From: Parcubacteria bacterium C7867-008
Lineage (GTDB): Bacteria; Patescibacteriota; Minisyncoccia; Phycocordibacterales; Phycocordibacteraceae
Assembly (NCBI GenBank): GCA_001189215.1
Contig: LFCR01000002.1
Location: 74,677-138,676, forward strand
Direction of reading: 5' to 3'
DNA length: 64,000 nt
Shown: positions 17,429 to 28,218 of the stretch, piece by piece
Numbering within the stretch: position 1 is the first letter of the stretch
Layout: each line of letters begins with the position of its first letter
Notes under the pieces: generated by a model
What the model saw: only the letters and a program-made list of their open reading frames with translations
Told to the model about the DNA's origin: nothing
Database searches by the model: none
Position numbers and translations under genes: made by a program

Positions 17429-19684
17429 ATGCGAATTACATCCCTGATGCTTCGCTCGGTACTCGTTGCAGTTTTATTTGTAGTACTAGTACTCCCCGGG
17501 GTACCTGTACACGCCCAACAACCTGCACCAACAAAGCCTGTTACTCCAGCCGCAGCAACACCTGCTCCTACGGCTGCTCCTACTGCCGCTGGGCAACCTG
17601 CTAAAACATCAGAAAGTCTTGGCGATAAGATAAAGGATGGAGCTGCAGCTGTAGGAGACATTGGTAGTTGTGCCAAAGATTTTGGAAACTGTCTTCTTAA
17701 TGCAGTGGGGAACGCCGTGGGTGGTTTTGCAAACTTTATACTGGCTCTCTCTGGAGTCCTTCTCAACTTTGTAATAGTTAAAACGGTATTCCAGTTCTCA
17801 ACACTTGTTGGTAACTCGCAGGGTCTATTAACCTCATGGGGAATACTGCGTGATCTTGGAAACCTGGTGCTGTTGTTCGGGTTTGTTCTGATGGGGCTCG
17901 GTACTATTTTGGATACGAATAAACTCCCAGACAAAAAAGCAATTCCAATGCTCATAGTCTTTGCAGTTCTTCTGAACTTTAGTCTCTTTGCTGCTGAAGC
18001 GGTTATTGATACATCTAACGTGCTTACATCAGCAATATACGCACAAGCAAACACTAATCCATGTTATTCGGAGGCGTGTGATATTAACGTGGGCCTTGGA
18101 GGAACCATAATGGAGGCAACCGGGCTTTCAACTCTAAACAATGTCCCAACTGACAGCTATTCCAAAAAGGCCAACAAACTTAGTATCATTTTTGGGTTGG
18201 CTGCATTCGCCATAATTGGTAGCGTTGTACTCTTTGCTGCTGCAATAATGCTGGCATTCAGAGCAGTTACACTAACAGGTTTGATAATTATCTCTCCCAT
18301 TGGTTTTGCTGGAATGGCTATTCCTCCACTTAAAAAGTATGCAACACAGTGGTGGAATGCACTTATACATCAAGCATTCTTTGCTCCTCTACTGTTCCTG
18401 TTCATCCTTATAACGCTAAAAGTAACCGAAGGGTTTGCTGCAGGGACTACGAATAAGGGCCTCGCCTCAGCGCTGCTAGCGCAGGGCACATCGGAAATGG
18501 GCATCATTATGGTGTTCATGCTGATCATTGGCGGTCTCGTTGCGTCACTTATGGCTGCAAAGAAGTTTGGCGCCATGGGAGCAGACTATGCGATCAATAC
18601 AGCAGGGAAGGTGGTAGGTGGAGCAACATTCGGTACCGCTGGATTTGTTGGAAGAAGAACTATCGGTGCTGGTTCATTGGCAGCCGCCCGCACCATACGC
18701 TCACAGAGCTGGGGCGCAACAGGGGCTGGTCGCATACTGGCAGGAGTTGCTGACCGGGGCGGGAAGGCAAGTTATGACTTCCGTAAAACGAAGATTGCAG
18801 CTCAAGCTTCTAAGAAAACTAAGATTGACTTTGGCACTCCAGGTAAAACTGCATCTGGTGGCTTTGCCGCAATAGAAAAGAAAGATATCGATAAGAAGAC
18901 TGCATACGCAAAGTCTCTTGAAATGAGTGAGAGCCAGAAGATAGAGAAAGAGAAACTTGGTGCTGCAAAAGAGACTGCTGCAGGTGAGCAGGCCGTTTCT
19001 GTTGTCGACACCAACACACGAAGAGCAGCCGCTGAAGCAACTAAGAAACAAATCAAAGACACTTGGGCTCCTCGCGAGCAACAGCTTAATACCGAGATTG
19101 CTGCTCTTGAAAGCAAGGCAGTAGCAAATGCTGGTGGGGCAGAGGTATCTCGTCTTGATACAGAAATCGCTATTGAAAAACTTAAAGCGCAACGCTTCCA
19201 AGCAACAGGACAGACTACAGAGTGGATGGATGCTGAAAACAAAGTCAAAGCGCTTCAGAAGCAGCGTGCAGAGTTTGTTGATGTTGAAACCAAACTCAAT
19301 GCACTTAGGGATGCAAAGACTACTGAGCTTTCTCAATACGAGGCTCAAATCGCTGTGGTTGATGGGGATCTCGCAAGCATCAGTGCAGAGAGTGCAGCAA
19401 GCGAGACGGCATACAAAGCGAAACTTGATGGAATCGATAAGAGACTCAAGGAGATTGATCCGAAGACTAAACAAGAAAAGTATGCCGAAGGACTTAAGAA
19501 TGATTGGTACGGTGGGTATAGCAGTCGTGAAGCAGCTCGAAAAATTAAGACTGACAACAAGAAGAAGTCTCCAGAGAAAGCACTTCTCGAAGCAATTAAG
19601 GCTCTTGAAGCAAACACTCCTCCTCCAGCAGCACCGCCAGCTCCTGGTTCTCCACCACCCCCTCCTACACCCCCAACTCCGTAA
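17429..19684 (+). CDS. VirB6/TrbL-like polytopic membrane protein with coiled-coil tail
   Basis: WGILRDLGN, VLLNFS, SPIGF...QWW; many TMs; context next to prgI/virB4. Confidence 0.7.
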   Translation: MRITSLMLRSVLVAVLFVVLVLPGVPVHAQQPAPTKPVTPAAATPAPTAAPTAAGQPAKTSESLGDKIKDGAAAVGDIGSCAKDFGNCLLNAVGNAVGGFANFILALSGVLLNFVIVKTVFQFSTLVGNSQGLLTSWGILRDLGNLVLLFGFVLMGLGTILDTNKLPDKKAIPMLIVFAVLLNFSLFAAEAVIDTSNVLTSAIYAQANTNPCYSEACDINVGLGGTIMEATGLSTLNNVPTDSYSKKANKLSIIFGLAAFAIIGSVVLFAAAIMLAFRAVTLTGLIIISPIGFAGMAIPPLKKYATQWWNALIHQAFFAPLLFLFILITLKVTEGFAAGTTNKGLASALLAQGTSEMGIIMVFMLIIGGLVASLMAAKKFGAMGADYAINTAGKVVGGATFGTAGFVGRRTIGAGSLAAARTIRSQSWGATGAGRILAGVADRGGKASYDFRKTKIAAQASKKTKIDFGTPGKTASGGFAAIEKKDIDKKTAYAKSLEMSESQKIEKEKLGAAKETAAGEQAVSVVDTNTRRAAAEATKKQIKDTWAPREQQLNTEIAALESKAVANAGGAEVSRLDTEIAIEKLKAQRFQATGQTTEWMDAENKVKALQKQRAEFVDVETKLNALRDAKTTELSQYEAQIAVVDGDLASISAESAASETAYKAKLDGIDKRLKEIDPKTKQEKYAEGLKNDWYGGYSSREAARKIKTDNKKKSPEKALLEAIKALEANTPPPAAPPAPGSPPPPPTPPTP

Positions 19685-19740
19685 CTAAAGTCACCGTGGA
19701 GTAGTGGTAATTATTCCACTCACGCGCGATACTAAGAGTA

Positions 19741-20937
19741 ATGGGAGAAGAAGAGATCAACATTGATGAGCTCAATCCACAACAGAAGGCTGCCATTCTC
19801 ATGGCAGACCTTCCTGTTCCTGTTCAGAACTTTCTTAGAAGTCCTGAGCGCGACGCCGTATCAATTGAATTAAGTACAAAATATAAACTGCACGCTGATC
19901 AGGCAGGAGTATTCTCTGATGCATATATCTATATGCTCATGGGAATCTACACTCCTGAAGAGTTTGTACAACAACTTCGTCAGGCACAAATACCAGAAGC
20001 TACCGTTCAGGGAATAACCCTTGATCTAAATGAACGTGTGTTTAAGCGCCTTCAGAATGCTGAGCGTACGTACACGCCACCAGCCACGCCCGCACCAGCG
20101 CCAAAACCAGTACCGCCGCCGGTAGTAGTTGCTCCGGTTACTCCAAAGCCGATACAACCAACAGTAATGTCTGCACCAATTGTTCCAAAGCCTGTGCAAC
20201 CTCCTGTAGTTGCTGCTCCAGTCCTTCCAAAACCAGCTGTTACCGCCCCAGCACCACTGGTCGCAAGCATTCCAACCTTTAATCCTGCACTTGGCCCTGT
20301 TCCAACAGAACCAACCCCTACTCCGACACCATTTGCGCCAGTACCTAAAAGCATGCCTGTTATTCCGGTTCAAGGACCAATGCCAGCTGCTGCTCCAGTT
20401 CCACCCCCAGTACCACAAATTCCTGCCTATATTCCACCGTCGCCAGGAGCGACACCTATATATAGTCCGCCAACAGAGGCAGTGCAGCCTGGAGTACGAA
20501 CTATGGCTCACGATATTGAGATGATTAAAGAGGCTGTTGAGCATCCTCATCCTGTACGTCCAGACGTTCCTCCTCAGATATCTTGGCAGCCAAACTCCCC
20601 AGCACGTTCATTCCAGACATCATCTGTACCAAATACTCTTGCTGCACCAAGTATTCATCCGGCTCCAACCGGCGTGCCTATTGCTCCAATACCATCTATG
20701 CCACCGGCTCCAACCATGCCCGCACCTTCAGCACCATTATCTGTTGCGGTCCCACCACAGCACACAGCATCAACGCCTCCGTTACCTCCATCTTCAGCAC
20801 CCGTACCGCACAATCTCCCAACAGAACCAGCAGCGTATCCATGGCAGCAGCAAACACCAGCATCCGTATCAACGGGTCCAGCGAATCCAATCATAAAAGA
20901 GTACAGTGTGGATCCGTATCGTGAGGTCCCTCAGTAG
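19741..20937 (+). CDS. Proline-rich hypothetical protein
   Basis: Helical N-terminus, low-complexity Pro-rich body, RTMAHDI and C-terminal YSVDPYRE motifs. Confidence 0.75.
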   Translation: MGEEEINIDELNPQQKAAILMADLPVPVQNFLRSPERDAVSIELSTKYKLHADQAGVFSDAYIYMLMGIYTPEEFVQQLRQAQIPEATVQGITLDLNERVFKRLQNAERTYTPPATPAPAPKPVPPPVVVAPVTPKPIQPTVMSAPIVPKPVQPPVVAAPVLPKPAVTAPAPLVASIPTFNPALGPVPTEPTPTPTPFAPVPKSMPVIPVQGPMPAAAPVPPPVPQIPAYIPPSPGATPIYSPPTEAVQPGVRTMAHDIEMIKEAVEHPHPVRPDVPPQISWQPNSPARSFQTSSVPNTLAAPSIHPAPTGVPIAPIPSMPPAPTMPAPSAPLSVAVPPQHTASTPPLPPSSAPVPHNLPTEPAAYPWQQQTPASVSTGPANPIIKEYSVDPYREVPQ

Positions 20938-20958
20938 GGAACTGATATACTCAAGGTA

Positions 20959-21384
20959 ATGGAGTATCAGGTTCCTCAGTTTATTGAAGTCGAAGATAAG
21001 ATATTTGGTCCTTTCACTCTTCGACAATTCATCTTCGTTGCAGGCGGAGTAGGGTTAAGTGCTGCAATTCTTGTATATGTTCCCCTTATCTTTGCTCTCA
21101 TACTTGTACTTCCTATTGCAGGGATCACCGGGGCACTCGCATTCTACAAAGTAAATAACAAGTCCTTCTTGGATATCATGGAGGCAGGATTCAACTACTA
21201 CACTAAGGAGCGTCTTTATCTTTGGAAGAAAGTTGAGAAGAAGTCTGAAACTCCTGCAATTGTGCAAGTTGCTGCGCCCACACAAGTGGATAGACAAAAG
21301 TTAGGTGTTTCAAGTGATCGTTTGAAAGAACTTGCGTGGTCTCTAGATATCAAGGATCACAATAAGACACCTGATACCTACTAA
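20959..21384 (+). CDS. PrgI family protein
   Basis: VPQFIEVEDKIFGPFTLRQF plus two TMs. Confidence 0.88.
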   Translation: MEYQVPQFIEVEDKIFGPFTLRQFIFVAGGVGLSAAILVYVPLIFALILVLPIAGITGALAFYKVNNKSFLDIMEAGFNYYTKERLYLWKKVEKKSETPAIVQVAAPTQVDRQKLGVSSDRLKELAWSLDIKDHNKTPDTY

Positions 21385-21399
21385 CGTTATAGTTACTGT

Positions 21400-22032
21400 A
21401 TGCCTGCATCTAAACCAGCTCAAGATTTTGTACCTGTATCAGAAGTACGCAGTGGTGTAGTCATCCTGAAAGAGGGGGGCTATCGTGGCATCTTGATGTG
21501 TTCTTCTCTTAACTTCGCACTTAAGTCAGAGGACGAGCAGCGCGCAATAATTGGTGGGTTCCAGAACTTCCTTAACACGCTCGATTTCACCGTGCAGATT
21601 GTGGTGCATTCCCGTAAAACTGACATTCGTCCGTATCTTAATCTCCTAGGTGAACGTCTTCAGCACCAATCGAGTGAACTCATGCGCACTCAACTACGTG
21701 AATACATAAACTTTATTCGAACCTTTATTGAAGGTTCAGAAATCATGACAAAGACCTTCTATGTGGTGGTTCCGTATTCTGTAAGCAGTGCAGCCGTTTC
21801 TGTTAAGGGAGCATTTGCAGGAATAGGGAAGACGCCAAGTGCAGAACCCGTTGCTGATCAGGGCTTCGAGGAGGGTCGAGTGCAGCTTGAACAACGTATG
21901 GCACTCGTGGCTGGCGGTCTTGGCAGTTCAGGTCTACGCGCAATTCCACTTGGTACAGAAGAGATCATCGAACTTCTATACCGTTCATTCAATCTAGGCG
22001 AGATGGATAATCCAATCTCATTCACCGCATAA
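21400..22032 (+). CDS. TraC/VirB4 N-terminal-like protein
   Basis: NFALKSEDEQ...FLNTLDF.VQIVV; lies between prgI and virB4. Confidence 0.7.
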   Translation: MPASKPAQDFVPVSEVRSGVVILKEGGYRGILMCSSLNFALKSEDEQRAIIGGFQNFLNTLDFTVQIVVHSRKTDIRPYLNLLGERLQHQSSELMRTQLREYINFIRTFIEGSEIMTKTFYVVVPYSVSSAAVSVKGAFAGIGKTPSAEPVADQGFEEGRVQLEQRMALVAGGLGSSGLRAIPLGTEEIIELLYRSFNLGEMDNPISFTA

Positions 22033-22035
22033 TCT

Positions 22036-23850
22036 ATGGCACTACTTGATTTCTTCAACAACAACAAGAAAGATGAGGCACCGGCAATGGCGCCAGTGTT
22101 GCCTAAGGATATTTATGCACAGGGCACACTCGATCTTGCAGACACGATCGCACCCGCAGCACTTAAGGTTGGCTCACGCGAGCTTGAGCTTGGAGAAAAG
22201 GTGGCACGATCGTTCTATACCATTTCATATCCACGCTTCCTTACGGACAGCTGGTTCACCCCCATAATCAATCTCGATAAGGTGTTTGATGTTTCTATAT
22301 TCGTTAGCCCTATTGATACCGCAGATGCGCTCCATAACTTCCAGAGGAAGGTAGCTGAAGTGCAGAGCCAGATTTCAGAAAGGGAAGCAAAGGGTCTTGT
22401 GCGTGATCCAATGCTTGATACGGCATACCAAGACCTTGAAAACCTCCGAGACAACCTACAACAAGCCCAGGAACATCTGTTTGAGGTTGGTTTGTACATA
22501 ACCATGTACGCTTCAAGTAAGGAGGAGCTTGATAAGGTTGAAGGAGATCTTCGCGGCATTCTTGATTCAAAACTCGTATACACCAAGCCTGCGCTCTTCC
22601 AGCAGGAGCAAGGGTTCCGTACCACGCTACCACTTGCCTTAGACCAGTTGAACGTAACAAACAAGCTCAACTCTGCACCGCTTTCTTCTATCTTCCCATT
22701 CGTCTCTTTTGATCTCTCAAGCGATCGAGGAATCCTGTACGGTATAAACCGCCACAACTCATCACTTATTCTTTTCGATCGTTTCTCACTTGAGAACTAC
22801 AACTCGGTTGTGTTCGCAAAGTCTGGCTCTGGAAAGTCCTATGCCGTGAAGCTTGAGATTCTCCGTTCACTCATGTTTGAAACAGACGTTATCGTTATTG
22901 ATCCTGAGCGTGAATACGACAACCTCGCACAGGCTACCGGTGGTAGGGTATTCAATATTTCTCTTTCAAGCGAGAACCATATCAACCCATTTGATCTTCC
23001 GCCGGTTAAGGAGGATGAAAACCCTTCAGATATTCTTCGCAGCACAATCATCAATTTGGTTGGGCTCTTCCGCATCATGCTTGGTGGTCTCAGTCCTGAA
23101 GAAGATGCAATTATCGATCGTGCTATCTCTGAAACCTATGCGCTCAAAGATATTAGTGGGGATGCAGATTTCACCGGTGTAGAGCCACCACTACTTTCAG
23201 ACTTTGAGAACGTACTTTCTGGTATGGAGGGTTCAACATCACTCGTACAGCGCCTCTCTAAGTACACCCGCGGCACGTGGTCTGGATTCCTCAATCAACC
23301 AACGAACGTTGATATCAAGAATCAGTTTGTGGTGTTTTCGGTGCGAGACATGGAAGATGAGCTTAAACCAGTGGCGATGTATATCGTTACGCACTTCATC
23401 TGGAATGCCGTACGCCACGAACTTAAGAAACGCCTTCTTATCATTGATGAGGCATGGTGGATGATGAAGTCTGAAGATACCGCATCATTCCTCTTCAGTA
23501 TTGCGAAACGCGGACGTAAATACTTCCTTGGTCTCTCAACTATCACCCAGGACGTTGAGGACTTCCTTCGCAGTCCATACGGTAAGCCAATTCTTACCAA
23601 CTCCTCTATGCAGCTTCTGCTCAAACAATCTCCAACAACGGTAGATGTACTACAGCAAACATTTAATCTGACAGATGAGGAGAAATTCCTTCTGCTTGAG
23701 TCTGGAGTGGGTGAGGGTCTCTTCTTTGCCGGCCTTAAGCACGCAGCAATTAAAGTTGTTGCTTCCTATACAGAAGACCAGATCATAACCTCAGACCCGT
23801 CCCAGCTACTTCAGATACAGCGTGAAAAATCACGGCAGGAGTCTGCCTAA
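22036..23850 (+). CDS. virB4: VirB4-like ATPase
   Basis: Walker A AKSGSGKS, IDPEREY, IIDEAW, RGRKY, TITQ. Confidence 0.9.
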   Translation: MALLDFFNNNKKDEAPAMAPVLPKDIYAQGTLDLADTIAPAALKVGSRELELGEKVARSFYTISYPRFLTDSWFTPIINLDKVFDVSIFVSPIDTADALHNFQRKVAEVQSQISEREAKGLVRDPMLDTAYQDLENLRDNLQQAQEHLFEVGLYITMYASSKEELDKVEGDLRGILDSKLVYTKPALFQQEQGFRTTLPLALDQLNVTNKLNSAPLSSIFPFVSFDLSSDRGILYGINRHNSSLILFDRFSLENYNSVVFAKSGSGKSYAVKLEILRSLMFETDVIVIDPEREYDNLAQATGGRVFNISLSSENHINPFDLPPVKEDENPSDILRSTIINLVGLFRIMLGGLSPEEDAIIDRAISETYALKDISGDADFTGVEPPLLSDFENVLSGMEGSTSLVQRLSKYTRGTWSGFLNQPTNVDIKNQFVVFSVRDMEDELKPVAMYIVTHFIWNAVRHELKKRLLIIDEAWWMMKSEDTASFLFSIAKRGRKYFLGLSTITQDVEDFLRSPYGKPILTNSSMQLLLKQSPTTVDVLQQTFNLTDEEKFLLLESGVGEGLFFAGLKHAAIKVVASYTEDQIITSDPSQLLQIQREKSRQESA

Positions 23851-23856
23851 TCCGAT

Positions 23857-24240
23857 ATGGCAGCACAGCCTATCGACAACACGGAACAGCATTTGATGAT
23901 TGGCGCTTCATTCCTTGCAGATACCATTGGTCTTATCCCTGTAATTGGTAACTTTGTTTGGTTTGCCGCGTACGTTTCATTAACACTCTATTTTCTAATA
24001 AAGCTCGGGCCAAGCTATCTCGGGGGGAAGAATTCGGATCAAAAGATGGCCAAAGCCCTTATAACAGGGATTATTGGCGCCATACCAGTAATAGGGAACA
24101 TTGCTCCAGATCTCCTCATTCTGACCGTTACTACATTTCGTATGCACAATAAGGAGGTGGCGGAAGAGGAGCACAAAATGCAGGCAGCAACACAAGCAGC
24201 TAATGATAATGTTCGACGGAACCTATCCCGAGCTGCTTAG
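23857..24240 (+). CDS. Hypothetical membrane protein
   Basis: Hydrophobic 127-aa ORF with repeated IPVIGN. Confidence 0.7.
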   Translation: MAAQPIDNTEQHLMIGASFLADTIGLIPVIGNFVWFAAYVSLTLYFLIKLGPSYLGGKNSDQKMAKALITGIIGAIPVIGNIAPDLLILTVTTFRMHNKEVAEEEHKMQAATQAANDNVRRNLSRAA

Positions 24241-24277
24241 CTTCGTACTGGTATAGACGCGTTATACTGTACCTATC

Positions 24278-25264
24278 ATGAAAGCAGGTTTCGTAGTACT
24301 GGCAGCACTTCTTATTGGTCTAAGCGGCACACCTGTACACGCACAGACTGCTGAAATTGGTCAGGACCCTTTGATGGTTTCTATAAGTCCTGATTTCCCA
24401 CGTCCATACGAAGCAGTTACGATAAGTCCTCAAAGTAACCTTATAGATCTAAGTGCCAGCACGGTCAGTGTATCTGTGAACGGAGTACTGATTGAAAAGG
24501 GGAGCGGTACCGCACCCGTACAAATACAAGCTGGTGCCGCTGGTGTCAGGACTGTTGTTACGGTAACTGCCGTGAATAATGGCCAGACATATACGAAAGA
24601 AATAACCATTCGCCCTGCAGATGTGGCACTTATTGTCGAGCCTGTATCGGTAAACCATCCATTCTATCGAGGAGCATCTCTTGTTTCTTCTGAAGGACTG
24701 CTTCGTTTAGTTGCACTTCCAGATCTCCGCACCACATCTGGGGCACCAATTCCCGCATCGAGCCTTGTATATACCTGGCGCAACGGTAGTCAGGTCCTTC
24801 AGGATAATTCGGGTATCGGCAAGTCTGTCCTTACCGCAACTGCGCCGGTACGCTATCGAGATACCACTATTCGTGTAACTGTTGCTACACAAGACAGTAG
24901 TATCGTTGCTGAGGCAACGGCATTCATCTCTCCAACCGTTCCTGTTATTCGTATCTACCAAAACGACCCCCTACTTGGTCCACTCTTTAATTACGCACTG
25001 CCTGCAAAAATAACTATGACTAGTGAGGAACAGACATTCCGTGCTGTTCCATATTACTTCTCCGGCATCCCACTCATGAACTGGACGGTTAACGGTAACC
25101 AGAGTCAATCAGGTAAGGATATTACGGTGCGTTCAAGTGGTTCAGGGACCGGAACAGCACTTGTTGGTTTCAATGCAAAACAGACTGCGTCAGGGGTGAT
25201 TGCTAACAGCTCTCTCAACATTAACTTCGGTGAGAAGAAGTCCCTTGGTATATTTGGCCTATAG
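24278..25264 (+). CDS. Secreted beta-rich (Ig-like) hypothetical protein
   Basis: Signal peptide VHA-Q; beta-strand-rich sequence. Confidence 0.7.
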   Translation: MKAGFVVLAALLIGLSGTPVHAQTAEIGQDPLMVSISPDFPRPYEAVTISPQSNLIDLSASTVSVSVNGVLIEKGSGTAPVQIQAGAAGVRTVVTVTAVNNGQTYTKEITIRPADVALIVEPVSVNHPFYRGASLVSSEGLLRLVALPDLRTTSGAPIPASSLVYTWRNGSQVLQDNSGIGKSVLTATAPVRYRDTTIRVTVATQDSSIVAEATAFISPTVPVIRIYQNDPLLGPLFNYALPAKITMTSEEQTFRAVPYYFSGIPLMNWTVNGNQSQSGKDITVRSSGSGTGTALVGFNAKQTASGVIANSSLNINFGEKKSLGIFGL

Positions 25265-25266
25265 CT

Positions 25267-25893
25267 ATGAAACGCACCACTCTAATTTCAGCATCTTACT
25301 TCCTCCTTAGTGCGGTACTTATTTCAGTACCATCTCTCGTATTCGCGGATGACTCCTTCGTTCCTCTCACGAGTCTTCCTGGTATTCAAGATGTTGTTGG
25401 ATCGCCAACACTACCCGCATTCATAAATAATATTTATAAGTTCCTTATTGGGGGAGCGGCAATCTTGGCAGTGATTGAGATCAGTCGTGCAGGGTTCTCA
25501 ATCATGAATAGCAGTGACAGTATCTCTGCAAACAAGAAGGCTAAGGCACGTATATCTAATGCAATTATCGGACTCGTTCTCGTTCTTTCTCCATACATTG
25601 TGTTTAGCATTATCAATCCAAAGATTCTTGATATTAGTCTTGATTTCAGTCAGCTGAAGTCTGGTGCAACAGATGGAGGGGGTGGGGGTGCAGGGGGAAG
25701 TTCCGCATCATCTACGACTCCTGTTGCTGGTTGTGAGGCATATCCAACTCCAAGTGCTATTGGCGCTGAACAAAGCTGCAACACGGGAGCGGGGTATAAG
25801 CAGATAGATGCTAAGTGTTGCAGGGGGAGTGCAGCAGGAGCAAAATGCTGCGCTATTCCAAAGGGCACTGCTTCCACAACTCCTAAAATTTAG
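25267..25893 (+). CDS. TrbC/VirB2-like pilin with Cys-rich C-terminal domain
   Basis: Signal peptide, two TMs around AKARISNAIIGL, INP.I motif. Confidence 0.7.
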   Translation: MKRTTLISASYFLLSAVLISVPSLVFADDSFVPLTSLPGIQDVVGSPTLPAFINNIYKFLIGGAAILAVIEISRAGFSIMNSSDSISANKKAKARISNAIIGLVLVLSPYIVFSIINPKILDISLDFSQLKSGATDGGGGGAGGSSASSTTPVAGCEAYPTPSAIGAEQSCNTGAGYKQIDAKCCRGSAAGAKCCAIPKGTASTTPKI

Positions 25894-25902
25894 TACCAAA
25901 TT

Positions 25903-27123
25903 ATGACTCGACGCATTCTCATCATCGCCGCAGCAATCATAGTCATACTTGGTATTGCAGTTGCAGTCTATTTCTTCTTTTTTGCTTCTAAACCAAGTGA
26001 ACTAATAATTGACACAGATCCATTCGGCAACACAGGTGCTGGAAATATTGATGGTTCTGGCTCATTAATAGAAGGGCAGGGAGCAGGTACGGTAGTTGGT
26101 CCTAACTTTGTACGCATCACTGAAGGCCCCGTAGCACTTGGCGTAGCAGCCGTTGATGTAATGATTCCTGACGTTACGGGTGGTGTAAGCACCACGAGCA
26201 GTAGCACACCACTGGTTCCTGACGTGGCGGTACGGTTCATTGATCGCGCAAGTGGGAACATATACAGCTATGTGACGCATGCTCGTACCCTCACTCGTAT
26301 TTCAAATAAGACACTGCCAGGTATTCAAGAAGCATCATGGGTTCCTGATGGCTCACTCGTATATGCACGTTTCATCACCAGTGACTCAGAGTCTGGAGAA
26401 CATATTGCCACCTATGCACTTCCAGAGAATGGAGAAGGGGGTTACTTTATCGAACAAGATCTTTCTCAAGCGACTGTTGTTGGTTCCACCGGCCTCTTTA
26501 CGCTCGTTACGAGCACAGGTGGTAGTGTAGGCACTATTGCTAAAGCAGACAGTACTGGAGCGAAGACACTCTTCACGTCTCTTATTTCATCTCTCATCGT
26601 CTATCCTTCAACTGGTACGTACTTTGCACACACAAAGGCCTCAAGCCAGACCGATGGATACGGCTTCCAGATAACCAACGGTTCATTTAATCGTGTACTT
26701 GGTCCATTACGTGGCCTCTCACTCCTTCCAAGTCCTTCAGGAAAGTCTCTTCTTTATAATTATGTAAGTGGCGGAGTTACGTACCTCGCAGTTATCGATC
26801 TTGCGAATCGAAACGCAACAGCACTTCCACTCGCTACTCTTAGTGAGAAGTGTGTGTGGGCAAGCGAGGTAACCGTATATTGTGGCGTTCCAACCACACT
26901 GAGTGGCTCAGCAATACCTGAAGATTGGTACCAAGGTGCTACCACCTTCTCAGATCGTATCTGGCGTATTGATATGACCGCTCGTGTCGCTACTCTTGTG
27001 ATTGATCCAACGCAAGTAGCGAAGACCTCTATTGATGCCGTTGCTCTCACCACAGACCCTAAAGAAGATGTGCTTGTGTTCACCGACAAGAGGACGGGCT
27101 CGCTTTGGTTATACGATCTCTAG
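25903..27123 (+). CDS. Membrane-anchored hypothetical protein (beta-propeller-like)
   Basis: N-terminal TM; EKCVW...YCGVP, PEDWYQG. Confidence 0.7.
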   Translation: MTRRILIIAAAIIVILGIAVAVYFFFFASKPSELIIDTDPFGNTGAGNIDGSGSLIEGQGAGTVVGPNFVRITEGPVALGVAAVDVMIPDVTGGVSTTSSSTPLVPDVAVRFIDRASGNIYSYVTHARTLTRISNKTLPGIQEASWVPDGSLVYARFITSDSESGEHIATYALPENGEGGYFIEQDLSQATVVGSTGLFTLVTSTGGSVGTIAKADSTGAKTLFTSLISSLIVYPSTGTYFAHTKASSQTDGYGFQITNGSFNRVLGPLRGLSLLPSPSGKSLLYNYVSGGVTYLAVIDLANRNATALPLATLSEKCVWASEVTVYCGVPTTLSGSAIPEDWYQGATTFSDRIWRIDMTARVATLVIDPTQVAKTSIDAVALTTDPKEDVLVFTDKRTGSLWLYDL

Positions 27124-27145
27124 TAGGAGTTAAGAAAAAACCGCT

Positions 27146-27883
27146 CTAAGCGGTTTTTTCTTCTTCAAGTACCACTTGGGGTAGTTTCCGTATAAGAAGT
27201 TCTTGAGCAAGAGTGAATAGGCTTGTGGTGATGAAATAGAGTGCAATTGCTCCAGAAGATACATATGCAATACCACCTATGAAGACCGGTAATAGATATC
27301 GCATCTGAATAGCCATAGTGCGATTGAACTGTTCTGATGTGGTCGCGTTCTTTCCAACCTTTGGAATAGGCATAGCGTACTTAGCCTGAAGGAATTGAGT
27401 TCCTGCCGCAACAACGGCAAGTATCACGTTGTGACTCGTGAGAGTAAAGAAGCCGAGGAACAAGAAGGAAACGGTTTCAGGAACGGCAACAAATGAGTAG
27501 AGCAGGGCAGTATCAACCCCAACGAGCTCACGCTGGAACACAAGATACAGTGCAATAACAACAGGAAGCTGGATAAGCAGCGCAAGAATACTCGAAAAAG
27601 GATTGATCTTGTACTTCTTATAGAGTGCAAACGTCTCTTTTGCCTGAGTTTCCTTATCATCCTTGTATTTCTCCTGTAGTTCCTTGAATTTAGGCTGTAT
27701 AACCTGCATTGCTCGAGAAGTTCGTAGAGCAGAGACCGTAAGAGGGAGGATAGCGAGCTTAACAATGATCGTTACAATGATCACCGCCAGACCCAAATCA
27801 CCGCCCGGGAGTACATCCACGAGCGCAATAAGGAGATTATAAATAGGAACAAATAAGTAGGTGTGGAATAGATTGCCGATCAT
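27146..27883 (-). CDS. yidC: Membrane protein insertase YidC (short form)
   Basis: MQVIQPK..ELQEKYKDD, INPFS, IQLP; rpmH-rnpA-yidC order. Confidence 0.93.
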   Translation of the reverse strand: MIGNLFHTYLFVPIYNLLIALVDVLPGGDLGLAVIIVTIIVKLAILPLTVSALRTSRAMQVIQPKFKELQEKYKDDKETQAKETFALYKKYKINPFSSILALLIQLPVVIALYLVFQRELVGVDTALLYSFVAVPETVSFLFLGFFTLTSHNVILAVVAAGTQFLQAKYAMPIPKVGKNATTSEQFNRTMAIQMRYLLPVFIGGIAYVSSGAIALYFITTSLFTLAQELLIRKLPQVVLEEEKTA

Positions 27884-28218
27884 GTAGGTTCCATAGTACC
27901 GGAAGGGAAGGATTGTTGTAAGAGTGTAGTAAGTTCCACCTCCATTTCAGAGAAAGGGAGTTCGGCTGCCCCGGGTCGTGCATGAATGATTATTACCCTC
28001 CCAGACACACACCAAGGCTTGGTTATGGCCTTAATACGGCGCTTAAGCTGATGCCGGTCCACTGATTTCTTGGCTACCTTCTTAGAAACCACCACCGCAC
28101 CCCCTGAAATAGGGGCAGATTGTATGTAGGCCATAGAAAAATACCGGCTAGCGGTACGTCGCAGGCCGGTATTCTGCTCAAAACCGGCCCTAGGGAGGCG
28201 GTTGGAGCGTGAAAGCAT
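27880..28218 (-). CDS. rnpA: Ribonuclease P protein component
   Basis: VVSKKVAKKSVDRHQLKRRI (RNR-like motif); synteny. Confidence 0.9.
   Translation of the reverse strand: MLSRSNRLPRAGFEQNTGLRRTASRYFSMAYIQSAPISGGAVVVSKKVAKKSVDRHQLKRRIKAITKPWCVSGRVIIIHARPGAAELPFSEMEVELTTLLQQSFPSGTMEPT

Noticed and set aside
19741..20937. Tandem DNA repeats and overlapping alternative ORFs
   Set aside because: Explained by Pro-rich low-complexity coding sequence
14993..27123. Integrative conjugative element
   Set aside because: No relaxase, coupling protein, integrase or att repeats; composition matches core genes
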